A DNA stretch of 64,000 nt, from positions 6,515-70,514 of the IMG/VR virus record IMGVR_UViG_3300045971_000437. One strand, given 5' to 3'. This document shows, one piece after another, positions 9,476 to 17,346 of this stretch. A program made the position numbers and the translations under genes. Origin of the DNA: a virus. The notes beneath the pieces are model-generated. The model had not been told where the DNA came from. It did not search any database and was given only the letters and a program-made list of their open reading frames with translations. Every line of letters begins with the position of its first letter. Position 1 is the stretch's first letter.

Positions 9476-9505
9476 AAGTGGCGTATAAATTATTATACAC
9501 CACTT
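9476..9505 (-). terminator. Hairpin/terminator with an embedded TATAAT
   Basis: Minus strand AAGTGGTGTATAA-TAA-TTTATACGCCACTT followed by CTTTTATTT. Confidence 0.55.
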
Positions 9506-9515
9506 TGGTTAAAAA

Positions 9516-9680
9516 TTAATCTGTGACCAGACTAATTGAATCAATAACTTCTTTGAGTTTTTGATTTAGCTTGCGCGGGGATACGATTACCTCTGTACAT
9601 ATACCTACAACTTCACCTTTAAAGGTTGGATATGTAAGAATGAAACCGCCGGTTACTACCTTGATAGTAATTTGATCCAT
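9516..9680 (-). CDS. Small hypothetical protein, 54 aa (not in ORF track)
   Basis: MDQITIKVVTGGFILTYPTFKGEVVGICTEVIVSPRKLNQKLKEVIDSISLVTD with GGAG upstream. Confidence 0.65.
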   Translation of the reverse strand: MDQITIKVVTGGFILTYPTFKGEVVGICTEVIVSPRKLNQKLKEVIDSISLVTD

Positions 9681-9683
9681 AGG

Positions 9684-10739
9684 TTACTCCTTGTCTTCAG
9701 ATATTTCTAATTCAGGTTCATCAACCTCATCAGACATAGTTACCGGATTTGCTAATGGATGGGTAAATAATCTAGCACAAATTTCAGCAGTGATTTCTTT
9801 TGCTTTAAATTTAATGTTAGTACCATCTGGGAAATCGCAGCGAACTGAATGTCCATCTTTTACTAAAATACCCATATCAGTCAACATAGCAACAATACCA
9901 CTAAATGGACTCATACCTGAGCTATATGGAACTTCTAATTCAATTTTAGTTCCAAGTTTTGCAAAACGGGATTTGTATGTTTCAAATCTCATTCTAACAC
10001 CAATAACTTCAGTCTCATCTTTCAATTTCAATTTCGTAATAAGACCGATAATTGAGCTACTGAATTTTGTACTGTTAGTAATTGCCCAAGCACCATCACC
10101 CATCATTACGTCTTGAGGATAAACGTGATCAGTACAGATAACTGCCATTGGCAATCTTGCAATTTGACCGATCAACATTCGCAACATACTCTTATTGCGC
10201 TTTGCTCTAATACCTTGATCAGATTTAATCGTACCATCTTTACCGTAATTTTCGAATTCAGTGGTGGTGCTAAGCATTGCCAATGAATCGATTACGATAA
10301 GAACTTTTGGAGAGTCTGGATTATTTTTACCATAAGTCTTAATGTAGCTACCACAGAAATCTGAACAGATACGGTTCACGTCTTCAATAGTAGTAACTTG
10401 GAAGTATGTTAATTTATCTTCGCCAGTATCAATACCGATTTTTTCAAGATATTCAGTATCAATAGCATTCTCAGAATCAAGAACTAGCAAATGAAAACCT
10501 TCATCTTGAGCGCTCTTCATACAATTTGAAGAGATGAAACTTTTACCAGAACCAGAAGGTCCGGCGAAAAGTGTAATACGACCTACAGGGATACCTTTAT
10601 TAAAGTCACCACTTAAAGATCGATTCAATGCATAATTACCTGTAGAAATCCATGCACCTGGACCACCAAGACCACTATTAATTGTATCTACTTTAGCAAT
10701 ACCTTTCTTAAATGCATCGAGGAAACTTAATGATGCCAT
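9684..10739 (-). CDS. uvsX: RecA/UvsX recombinase
   Basis: ISTGNYALN, GPSGSGKS Walker A, LIVIDSL Walker B, KSRF. Confidence 0.95.
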   Translation of the reverse strand: MASLSFLDAFKKGIAKVDTINSGLGGPGAWISTGNYALNRSLSGDFNKGIPVGRITLFAGPSGSGKSFISSNCMKSAQDEGFHLLVLDSENAIDTEYLEKIGIDTGEDKLTYFQVTTIEDVNRICSDFCGSYIKTYGKNNPDSPKVLIVIDSLAMLSTTTEFENYGKDGTIKSDQGIRAKRNKSMLRMLIGQIARLPMAVICTDHVYPQDVMMGDGAWAITNSTKFSSSIIGLITKLKLKDETEVIGVRMRFETYKSRFAKLGTKIELEVPYSSGMSPFSGIVAMLTDMGILVKDGHSVRCDFPDGTNIKFKAKEITAEICARLFTHPLANPVTMSDEVDEPELEISEDKE

Positions 10740-10755
10740 AGAATTGCTCCTTATA

Positions 10756-10785
10756 AAAAGTAGGTACTAGAAATCCAGTACCTAC
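10756..10785 (-). terminator. Intrinsic terminator after the ssb gene
   Basis: gtaggtact/agtacctac stem followed by a U-run on the minus strand. Confidence 0.6.
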
Positions 10786-10793
10786 CATTTTGA

Positions 10794-11693
10794 TTACTCG
10801 TCTGAGGATTCAGCTGCCGCAGCTTTAGCACGAGCACGAAGCTGTTCTAATACTGATGCACCTTTACTTGGTGCAGCTGATTCATCTTTTGGAGTTTCAG
10901 CTGGTGCTGCTTCTTCTTTAGGAGTTGCTGCTGGAGCAGAAGCCTTAGGAGTTGCTGCTGGGGTCTGTGGAGCTGGTGTATCTTCACCGGCTTTGTCATC
11001 CGCAAAAGTCTTACCTGTTTGGTCTGCAAGAAGCATTGCTTCTACAGTTGCCAAATCATAAGCCTTACCACGGTAGTCTGCAAGATTAAACAATTTCAAC
11101 TGAGAGATAACATCATCTTCCAAGTTAGTTTGTTTAGGAGCAAAACTAGAAGTAGCATATGATGCGTACTGACCAGATTTTGTTTTCTTGATACGGAAGT
11201 TGTATCCACCAACCAATTCAAATGGAGCTTCTTCCAAATCACCAGACTGGAATGCAGCTTGGATTTGTGTGAATACTGCTGGACCGAACTCGATCAATTT
11301 AACCAATTGAGTTTGATCATGTTCGATTGGGGATTCGACAACAATAACTTGACCAATGTAAGACTTTTTACGGTAGTATTTCTTACCCATTGTTTCGTTC
11401 TTTTCATCGTAGTATTTACGAGCAAGATTACAAATAGGGCAATCTTCACCATGCATAGCAAGGCAAGGAACTTTTTTCTTCTGACCATTGATCACAAGTT
11501 CATGCGTTAGATTCTCTACTAAGAATCCAAGGTTGTTGTTTTCGTCTAGATCGGGGAGGAAACGAACGATAGCTTGAGTATCATCCGGCATTTTCCAGAA
11601 GGAATAAAATAGTTTCCAAGACTGGTCACCACCAGTGCTTGAAGCTTTTTTATCAAAGGCGCTCTTTAGAGCTTCGAGTTTATTAACTGACAT
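10794..11693 (-). CDS. 32: gp32-like single-stranded DNA-binding protein
   Basis: IVRFLP, PCLAMHGEDCPIC zinc site, GYNFRIKK, YATSSF, acidic tail. Confidence 0.9.
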   Translation of the reverse strand: MSVNKLEALKSAFDKKASSTGGDQSWKLFYSFWKMPDDTQAIVRFLPDLDENNNLGFLVENLTHELVINGQKKKVPCLAMHGEDCPICNLARKYYDEKNETMGKKYYRKKSYIGQVIVVESPIEHDQTQLVKLIEFGPAVFTQIQAAFQSGDLEEAPFELVGGYNFRIKKTKSGQYASYATSSFAPKQTNLEDDVISQLKLFNLADYRGKAYDLATVEAMLLADQTGKTFADDKAGEDTPAPQTPAATPKASAPAATPKEEAAPAETPKDESAAPSKGASVLEQLRARAKAAAAESSDE

Positions 11694-11915
11694 ATAAAAT
11701 TCTCCAAAATGTAAAAATAAATTTAAAATAATTAAAAAGTACGTTTTAATGCGTACATTTTATTTATAGAATACCAACCAAAGTGTTGATCTGTTTAGGA
11801 TCAACTTTAATTTCATCGGAGAAACTTAGTCTGAATAACTAAGTAAGGTCATCATCGTAAATGGCATTGCACCATTTGTTAAAACATTATACCCTGCTTT
11901 CGCAGGGATATAAAC
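11694..11915 (-). promoter_or_regulatory. Structured leader of gp32 with sigma70-like and late promoters
   Basis: GTTTATA-17nt-TATAAT (11915..11886) with a GAAA hairpin in the spacer, three further hairpins, TATAAATA at 11768..11761 and a U-rich tract before GGAGA. Confidence 0.55.
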
Positions 11916-12482
11916 TTAAATCAGGGAAGCAAAATCAGTAAATGATAGCGATTTAGTTCCATCAATATTAATTACTCTATCTACTTCCATACCCTGAATA
12001 ACTTGTTGCTGAGACATGTACATTTTACGAACTGTTTCTACTGGAACAGATTTATCACCGCGTGTAGATTGACGATCAATAACAACTTGAAGTGGTGTAT
12101 CTACTTGAATAGCAGTTATAAACATTTTCTTTTGACGAGCACCTTCAATCCAACGAGCACGAGACTTGCGAGACAGGTTAGTGTTGTCGACAATTAAAAT
12201 GTTTCCTTCTTTTGCTTGGTCAAATTTTGCAGCTACAAAAATTTTAAAATCTTTTTCATTCTCGTTACAAAATTCAAATGCTTTAGCATAAGCCTGCTTC
12301 AAAGAATAATCGCGGTCTGCAGGACCAAACATATTGAAATAATCCATACGGCAGGTATCGAGTGAGAATTCACGCACATCCATACCAGCAGAAATACCTG
12401 CTTTCTTTATGCCTTTTACGATAGATGATTTCCCAGCACCAGAAACACCTACCATTATAAATGCTTGATTTTTAATTGTCAT
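11916..12482 (-). CDS. P-loop polynucleotide kinase (AAA_33 / Pnk kinase domain)
   Basis: MVGVSGAGKS, IVDNTN, RKSRARWI, RQSTRGDKSVP; start moved to MTIKNQ (ATGA overlap). Confidence 0.85.
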   Translation of the reverse strand: MTIKNQAFIMVGVSGAGKSSIVKGIKKAGISAGMDVREFSLDTCRMDYFNMFGPADRDYSLKQAYAKAFEFCNENEKDFKIFVAAKFDQAKEGNILIVDNTNLSRKSRARWIEGARQKKMFITAIQVDTPLQVVIDRQSTRGDKSVPVETVRKMYMSQQQVIQGMEVDRVINIDGTKSLSFTDFASLI

Positions 12483-13075
12483 ACTGTTTCCCAATCTTTC
12501 ATCCATTTATCAATTTCTGCAATGTTAACATCTTTAGCATCTGAAAATCGTCCATGTTGATCTGACAGAAGAAAATCAAGCCATGCTTGATGTCCGCGTT
12601 CGCCCATTCGAACCATGAAAGATTCTTTAAGAGAAGAACGTTTTCTTTTATCTTTCATAGACCAAGGTACATGATATTCCAGCATCAGAGAAATATTAGC
12701 AACATCATCTTGCGTAAAACGCAGAACATCTTTAATCATTGCAGGATTTGACAGAGCATAATCCATCCAAATTCTAGCAGACAACTGTTCATGACCGTGA
12801 AACGCAAAATAATCACCACGAGTTTCAGAATGTTTAGCAACCTTAGCAGCAGGTTTTCCTGTATCATGAAAGAGACAGGCTACCATTGTAAACAAGCGTT
12901 GAGTTGGTGATCGAGCCGAGTACAGGTTTTTCTTATACCAATCAAGAAGCATTTCAGTATGAACTGCAACGTTTGCTTCACGATGCCATGGAGAAGCTTC
13001 TCTAGTGTTAAGCATGTCGCGCCAAAGAGAGGTGCTTTTAAGATCATTAACAAGTATATCGAACCGTTTCTGCAT
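12479..13075 (-). CDS. HD-domain phosphohydrolase
   Basis: WHRE..V.VHT, LFHDTGKP, FHGHEQLSA, YH, SDQHGR. Confidence 0.85.
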   Translation of the reverse strand: MQKRFDILVNDLKSTSLWRDMLNTREASPWHREANVAVHTEMLLDWYKKNLYSARSPTQRLFTMVACLFHDTGKPAAKVAKHSETRGDYFAFHGHEQLSARIWMDYALSNPAMIKDVLRFTQDDVANISLMLEYHVPWSMKDKRKRSSLKESFMVRMGERGHQAWLDFLLSDQHGRFSDAKDVNIAEIDKWMKDWETV

Positions 13076-13100
13076 GTTTATCTTTCGTTATTATTTTATA

Positions 13101-13130
13101 ATTATATCACAGAAACGGTTAAAAGTAAAC
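13101..13130 (-). promoter_or_regulatory. Early (sigma70-type) promoter GTTTACT-17-TGATATAAT
   Basis: T4-early-like -35 GTTTAC with an extended -10. Confidence 0.75.
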
Positions 13131-13490
13131 TTATTTTTTCTTTAGATATAAAACTAAAAAAGGATAAGGAGAACCTTTAATTTCAAATGCATCTATATCG
13201 TATCCTGGTATGTTTAGAGATAATGCATCTTCAAATCTGTTGGTTTTAGTATCGACTTCCAGTACGCACATATTTCGCCGACCGGGGTATTTACGACTTT
13301 CATATGAAAGCTTGCATACTAGAATTTGACCACTTTCAGATAATGCCCAATTATCATAATTAAACAATAATATTCGTGGGTAAACAGCAACACTTATCAA
13401 ATGAGATGGTTCTATTTCTGGTGGCGGTTTTGATGCAGCATTGGCTAAATTAGATACAAGTAATGCCGCAATAAAGAGTAATTTTTTCAT
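13131..13490 (-). CDS. Hypothetical exported protein
   Basis: N-terminal signal peptide MKKLLFIAALLVSNLANAA. Confidence 0.6.
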   Translation of the reverse strand: MKKLLFIAALLVSNLANAASKPPPEIEPSHLISVAVYPRILLFNYDNWALSESGQILVCKLSYESRKYPGRRNMCVLEVDTKTNRFEDALSLNIPGYDIDAFEIKGSPYPFLVLYLKKK

Positions 13491-13493
13491 AGT

Positions 13494-13721
13494 TTAATAA
13501 CAATCATGAGAACAGTTGTGAACTTTAACAAATACTTCGGTGCGATCTGCTGATGTCGCCGGGACATTAATTGTAATTTTCTTTACTTCGTAATAGACAT
13601 GATCGATTTCCATTCTATCACCAATCATCGGGCGCATATGCATTTGCTGACTGTTAGTGTAATGTAACCGATGTAACATTACACCTTTTATGTCATCATA
13701 GAATTCTATAGTTGTTGACAT
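13494..13721 (-). CDS. Hypothetical protein
   Basis: 75-aa ORF in a tightly packed run. Confidence 0.55.
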   Translation of the reverse strand: MSTTIEFYDDIKGVMLHRLHYTNSQQMHMRPMIGDRMEIDHVYYEVKKITINVPATSADRTEVFVKVHNCSHDCY

Positions 13722-14153
13722 TTAAAACTCCGGGTTTTGTTTACGTTCATGTCCAGCAACTAAAGACCAGGTGCCACCAGTTTTTAACCAGTTTCCAGTA
13801 TTCTTTTTTCTGCGATAACAATTACCAGTTGATGTCATAACAGTTAATCTTTTCCCAGAGACACATGTAATTTCGCCATCTGGATATGAGTCACCATTAA
13901 ATGCATATGATACTTTATCACCTAATCGAGGTATAACAATTACATCGAATTGCGGTGATACTGAGCTACCCTCATCAGTTCCAACATGACCAATACCAGT
14001 CATTGCTGTAAGGTATCTAGCAATTCCAGATACTTCTTCAAACGATGTCCAATCCCACCTGGATTGCCAACCACCTTCACGTATCTCAAATTCATTAGGA
14101 TAACTATCGCGAACATTAACCGGCAATCCATTTTTCATTTTAACGAATAACAT
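13722..14153 (-). CDS. Hypothetical protein
   Basis: 143-aa ORF with GGGA RBS; SH3-like C-terminal half (GDKVSY...GEIT). Confidence 0.6.
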   Translation of the reverse strand: MLFVKMKNGLPVNVRDSYPNEFEIREGGWQSRWDWTSFEEVSGIARYLTAMTGIGHVGTDEGSSVSPQFDVIVIPRLGDKVSYAFNGDSYPDGEITCVSGKRLTVMTSTGNCYRRKKNTGNWLKTGGTWSLVAGHERKQNPEF

Positions 14154-14166
14154 AATATTTTCCCTA

Positions 14167-14589
14167 TTAGAAACATTCTTCCAATGTACGTACTAAAATT
14201 TCTTGTTGAGCGAATGCTTGAAGTTCCCATGGACGCTGAAGATAAGGGAGATCATTTGCATCCTTACCCCGCCATTTAACTTGTTCAGTATCCCCAACTA
14301 CTTGATAATTTAAAAGACCTTTTGCAATTTGCTTCACATGAACCATTTCATGGGCAACTGTCAACATCAATTGATTTATAGATAATTTACTATCAAAACA
14401 AACTACAATTTCTTTACCTACATGTGCCGTAACTCCATTACCACCAGTTTCTTTCAATTGACCAGCTTTAACCATCACACTTAAACTGTATTGGCTGGAT
14501 TCAAGCTTCATGTGTTTGATGTAAAATTCAATCATGGCATGAATGAAAGCCCGCTTGTTGCCTTTACGAATAAGATTGATAACTTTCAT
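14167..14589 (-). CDS. Zincin-like metallopeptidase
   Basis: TVAHEMVHVKQ (HExxH) plus a downstream PWELQA glutamate. Confidence 0.75.
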   Translation of the reverse strand: MKVINLIRKGNKRAFIHAMIEFYIKHMKLESSQYSLSVMVKAGQLKETGGNGVTAHVGKEIVVCFDSKLSINQLMLTVAHEMVHVKQIAKGLLNYQVVGDTEQVKWRGKDANDLPYLQRPWELQAFAQQEILVRTLEECF

Positions 14590-14795
14590 TTACATCTTTC
14601 TGCTAATTCTTTGTTTACCAACGATAGAATTTCTTCTGATCTCATAGTAGAATACGGACTTGGCAAACCATCGCCAATATAAAGTCCAAGACCATCACTC
14701 GACTGTTTGTTTCTGTTATTCATTTTTGTTAAAATGTGAAACATTTCGGTGAGGCGTTCTGTAGAAATTTCCAGCATTAATATCTCGCTAAGCAA
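14586..14795 (-). CDS. Hypothetical protein
   Basis: 69-aa ORF overlapping both neighbours. Confidence 0.5.
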   Translation of the reverse strand: MLSEILMLEISTERLTEMFHILTKMNNRNKQSSDGLGLYIGDGLPSPYSTMRSEEILSLVNKELAERCK

Positions 14796-15382
14796 TCAAT
14801 TTGTTTCGGTGACAATGGTGTTGGAAACTTTGATTCCGAAGACAACCATGTCCGTACTTGTTTTGCTAATGATTCACGGAATGCAGATCTAAACTTTTTA
14901 ATTTTCAAAAGCTCGATGATCAAATCAGCGCCATAACAATTTCTAATACGCTTCAGCTGTTTTAAGGTGATACCACATTCATTGGCCTTCACAAACATTT
15001 TAGAACGATATCTGCGTAAATCAAGCAGATCAGTTCTACGATCATCCCTAACTTTCCAAATTGCATATTCAGCCATAAGTTCTGGCGAAGCATCAACAGA
15101 AGAACCAAAGCTAGGACCACACCAAAATCTTGTAGTTGCAAAACATTCTGAATGAGCAGACTTTTTAATTGGATCCCAAACAACCATCATGAAATTACTA
15201 TCTTCGTAATAATTATTTTCATATTCACGAATGCACATACCAATATGTCTGTGATGGATAACGGTAATTGCACCACCGCCAATAGCAATTTTTTCTGCAT
15301 TGTTATAAGAGGTTGAACCGATTGGGCAGTACGCACCTTCTGGAAAATCAGTACCTAAATTGCTGCATTGATCGATTATCAT
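14777..15382 (-). CDS. Hypothetical protein
   Basis: 201-aa ORF with GGAG RBS. Confidence 0.65.
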   Translation of the reverse strand: MIIDQCSNLGTDFPEGAYCPIGSTSYNNAEKIAIGGGAITVIHHRHIGMCIREYENNYYEDSNFMMVVWDPIKKSAHSECFATTRFWCGPSFGSSVDASPELMAEYAIWKVRDDRRTDLLDLRRYRSKMFVKANECGITLKQLKRIRNCYGADLIIELLKIKKFRSAFRESLAKQVRTWLSSESKFPTPLSPKQIDCLARY

Positions 15383-15396
15383 TTTGATTCTCCGAA

Positions 15397-15702
15397 TTAA
15401 GTATTAAAGATGCGAACAGAACAATCTTTTAATTCTAAGTGTTGTTCAATAGTACAATCGGTTGGTGAGAAATCCCAAGAAACTACTTCCTCGTCATCTC
15501 GTACGATATTGGTAATATAAAATAAAGCAAAAGATCCAGTTTTTTCAGACTGCATTACAAAACCTGTAACGAAATCATCTTGCCATAGAGTACGAAGAAC
15601 TTCTGGAACTAGCGAAATGTCACCAATAAACGCATTGAGATTTTTATTGTAGGAAAATAGATTTGAACTATAAACCGTTCCAATTACATTTGATGGTAAC
15701 AT
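15397..15702 (-). CDS. Hypothetical protein
   Basis: 101-aa ORF. Confidence 0.55.
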   Translation of the reverse strand: MLPSNVIGTVYSSNLFSYNKNLNAFIGDISLVPEVLRTLWQDDFVTGFVMQSEKTGSFALFYITNIVRDDEEVVSWDFSPTDCTIEQHLELKDCSVRIFNT

Positions 15703-15717
15703 TTCTATTCCGATCTT

Positions 15718-15921
15718 TTAGGAAACTTTGGAGATTTTACCGGCAACCATCGTTACTGAAGCGAACCATTTTCGCTCAGAAGCAGAAGGACCAACAACAC
15801 AAAAAGTACCATCAGCTTTATATTCTGGACCAAACATACTGGTCTCAGTATAAGTGAATGCTTTTCCAACTGATTCTTTAAGACTCTTTTTAGTCTTATA
15901 TCCTCTGGCTGCTAGAGTCAT
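15718..15921 (-). CDS. Hypothetical protein
   Basis: 67-aa ORF with GGAG RBS. Confidence 0.6.
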   Translation of the reverse strand: MTLAARGYKTKKSLKESVGKAFTYTETSMFGPEYKADGTFCVVGPSASERKWFASVTMVAGKISKVS

Positions 15922-15935
15922 TTTGATTCTCCGAA

Positions 15936-16094
15936 TTAAGCAGTTGCCGTTTTTGAAGTAACAATAACAACTACAGGACCAGATTTTTGGGAATTTTTAC
16001 GATACGAATTTGGACGGTAAGAAACGTTACGCAATTTGCGTTGAGTAGCAGTTAAAGTAGGAACAGAACCTTCAGTTAAGATAACAGATGCCAT
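15936..16094 (-). CDS. Small basic protein, 52 aa (not in ORF track)
   Basis: MASVILTEGSVPTLTATQRKLRNVSYRPNSYRKNSQKSGPVVVIVTSKTATA with AAGGAG RBS, first gene after an early promoter. Confidence 0.65.
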   Translation of the reverse strand: MASVILTEGSVPTLTATQRKLRNVSYRPNSYRKNSQKSGPVVVIVTSKTATA

Positions 16095-16140
16095 TTGAAT
16101 CTCCTTTGATTAATTAATCAGTATGATCAATTTATAAGTA

Positions 16141-16170
16141 ATTATATCATGCAACCTGACGTATGTACAC
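16141..16170 (-). promoter_or_regulatory. Early promoter GTGTACA-17-TGATATAAT
   Basis: Same architecture as the 13101, 17312 and 60659 sites. Confidence 0.7.
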
Positions 16171-16234
16171 AGTTATTTTAGTTATTTTCAAAAGAATTGT
16201 AACAGAAATGTTACTTTTAGTAACAAATGTTACT

Positions 16235-16624
16235 TTATTTTAATGTTTCTATTAACATTTGTGTAATATTATCTTCTACATCTAATCCATGGAGAACCTT
16301 TAAATCTCGCGTAGGTTCAATTTTCCATGTAGAAGGATCAAGCTTCTCTACAATGTTTAATATTTTAAAATAGGATGGTGATTTACCTGGTTTTCCACTT
16401 TGAACAGATTCAAGTGTTATTAGAGGAATATAATCATAAAGAGCTATCGAAATAGTTTTGCGCGAATCGCTATCCAAGACGATTTTAATTAACCCAGCTT
16501 TAGTAATCTTAATAACAGTGCATGGCTGTTTAATAAATGGATCTCTTTCAACATCCATTCCTCTATACGAGATTGTACAAGCATCTCCCGGCTCTATTTG
16601 CCACATTCTAGTTCTCAGTTTCAT
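16235..16624 (-). CDS. Hypothetical protein
   Basis: ORF track; start moved to MKLRT (ATGA overlap). Confidence 0.55.
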   Translation of the reverse strand: MKLRTRMWQIEPGDACTISYRGMDVERDPFIKQPCTVIKITKAGLIKIVLDSDSRKTISIALYDYIPLITLESVQSGKPGKSPSYFKILNIVEKLDPSTWKIEPTRDLKVLHGLDVEDNITQMLIETLK

Positions 16625-16857
16625 ATGCGTCTCTTCTTCCAACCATAATTATCCCCATTGGGAAGTTTACCGTCAACAACAGAATCTGCTCCATGTTTTC
16701 CAACCATGTAAGAATTCTGAACAGACATCGACACATGAAAATTTCCTTCATTACGAAGAACATTACATCGCGTCAATGCTTCTGAAAGTTTATCTTCTTC
16801 CAGAATTTCGTGTTTTGCTGCTAAGGTTAGATCTTCTAACCAGAATATTACAATCAT
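16621..16857 (-). CDS. Hypothetical protein
   Basis: 78-aa ORF. Confidence 0.55.
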   Translation of the reverse strand: MIVIFWLEDLTLAAKHEILEEDKLSEALTRCNVLRNEGNFHVSMSVQNSYMVGKHGADSVVDGKLPNGDNYGWKKRRI

Positions 16858-16868
16858 TTTACTTTTCT

Positions 16869-17288
16869 TTAATTAAAAACTTTTAAACTTCCATCTGATG
16901 GAAATAGTCCACCTACCATTTGAGTATACAGATGACCTTCGTCACTCTCTGCTGGGAGTGGTTCACACATTTCCAGATGACTGCCAACAATAAAAGATTC
17001 GCCTGCATACGTCATTTGAATTATATAAACAGAATGTGTTTTTATCTTAACTTGTTCAATATTCGGATAGTACTTTTCAATTCGCGAGAGTAACGAGCGC
17101 TGTTCTACTACATTCAACCATGTTTCAGGGAATGAAAAATAGCAAGACGTAACAGATGTATCTACTATCATAGTATCAAATAGATTGTCTAGGATATTTC
17201 TACCCATGTACATTTCCATTTCGACTGTGCTATCGCGCAGATTTGGTCTACGATAGATAAGTACTTCTAATTTAAATTTACGTACCAT
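16869..17288 (-). CDS. Hypothetical protein
   Basis: 139-aa ORF with GGAGA RBS after an early promoter. Confidence 0.6.
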   Translation of the reverse strand: MVRKFKLEVLIYRRPNLRDSTVEMEMYMGRNILDNLFDTMIVDTSVTSCYFSFPETWLNVVEQRSLLSRIEKYYPNIEQVKIKTHSVYIIQMTYAGESFIVGSHLEMCEPLPAESDEGHLYTQMVGGLFPSDGSLKVFN

Positions 17289-17293
17289 TAAAT

Positions 17294-17340
17294 CTCTCCA
17301 GGTTATAATGTATTATATCATAACCTGGAGAAAAGTAAAC
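17294..17340 (-). promoter_or_regulatory. Early promoter GTTTAC...TGATATAAT embedded in an RBS-sequestering hairpin
   Basis: Minus strand TCTCCAGGTTAT-GATATAATACATT-ATAACCTGGAGA, then GATTTA-ATG. Confidence 0.7.
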
Positions 17341-17346
17341 TGGTGA

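Larger units (their letters stand above)
15379..15940. repeat. Exact 23-bp direct repeat at 15379-15401 and 15918-15940
   Basis: tcattttgattctccgaattaag twice; each copy spans a stop codon, GGAG RBS and the next ATG on the minus strand. Confidence 0.9.

Noticed and set aside
11800-11860. Hammerhead ribozyme in the gp32 leader (GAUGA...hairpin...GAUGAAA)
   Set aside because: The required CUGAnGA core and stems I/III could not be assembled; kept only as a generic structured leader
16220-16233. NtcA site (GTA-N8-TAC) implying a cyanobacterial host
   Set aside because: Short match in AT-rich DNA, with no cyanophage marker genes in the window
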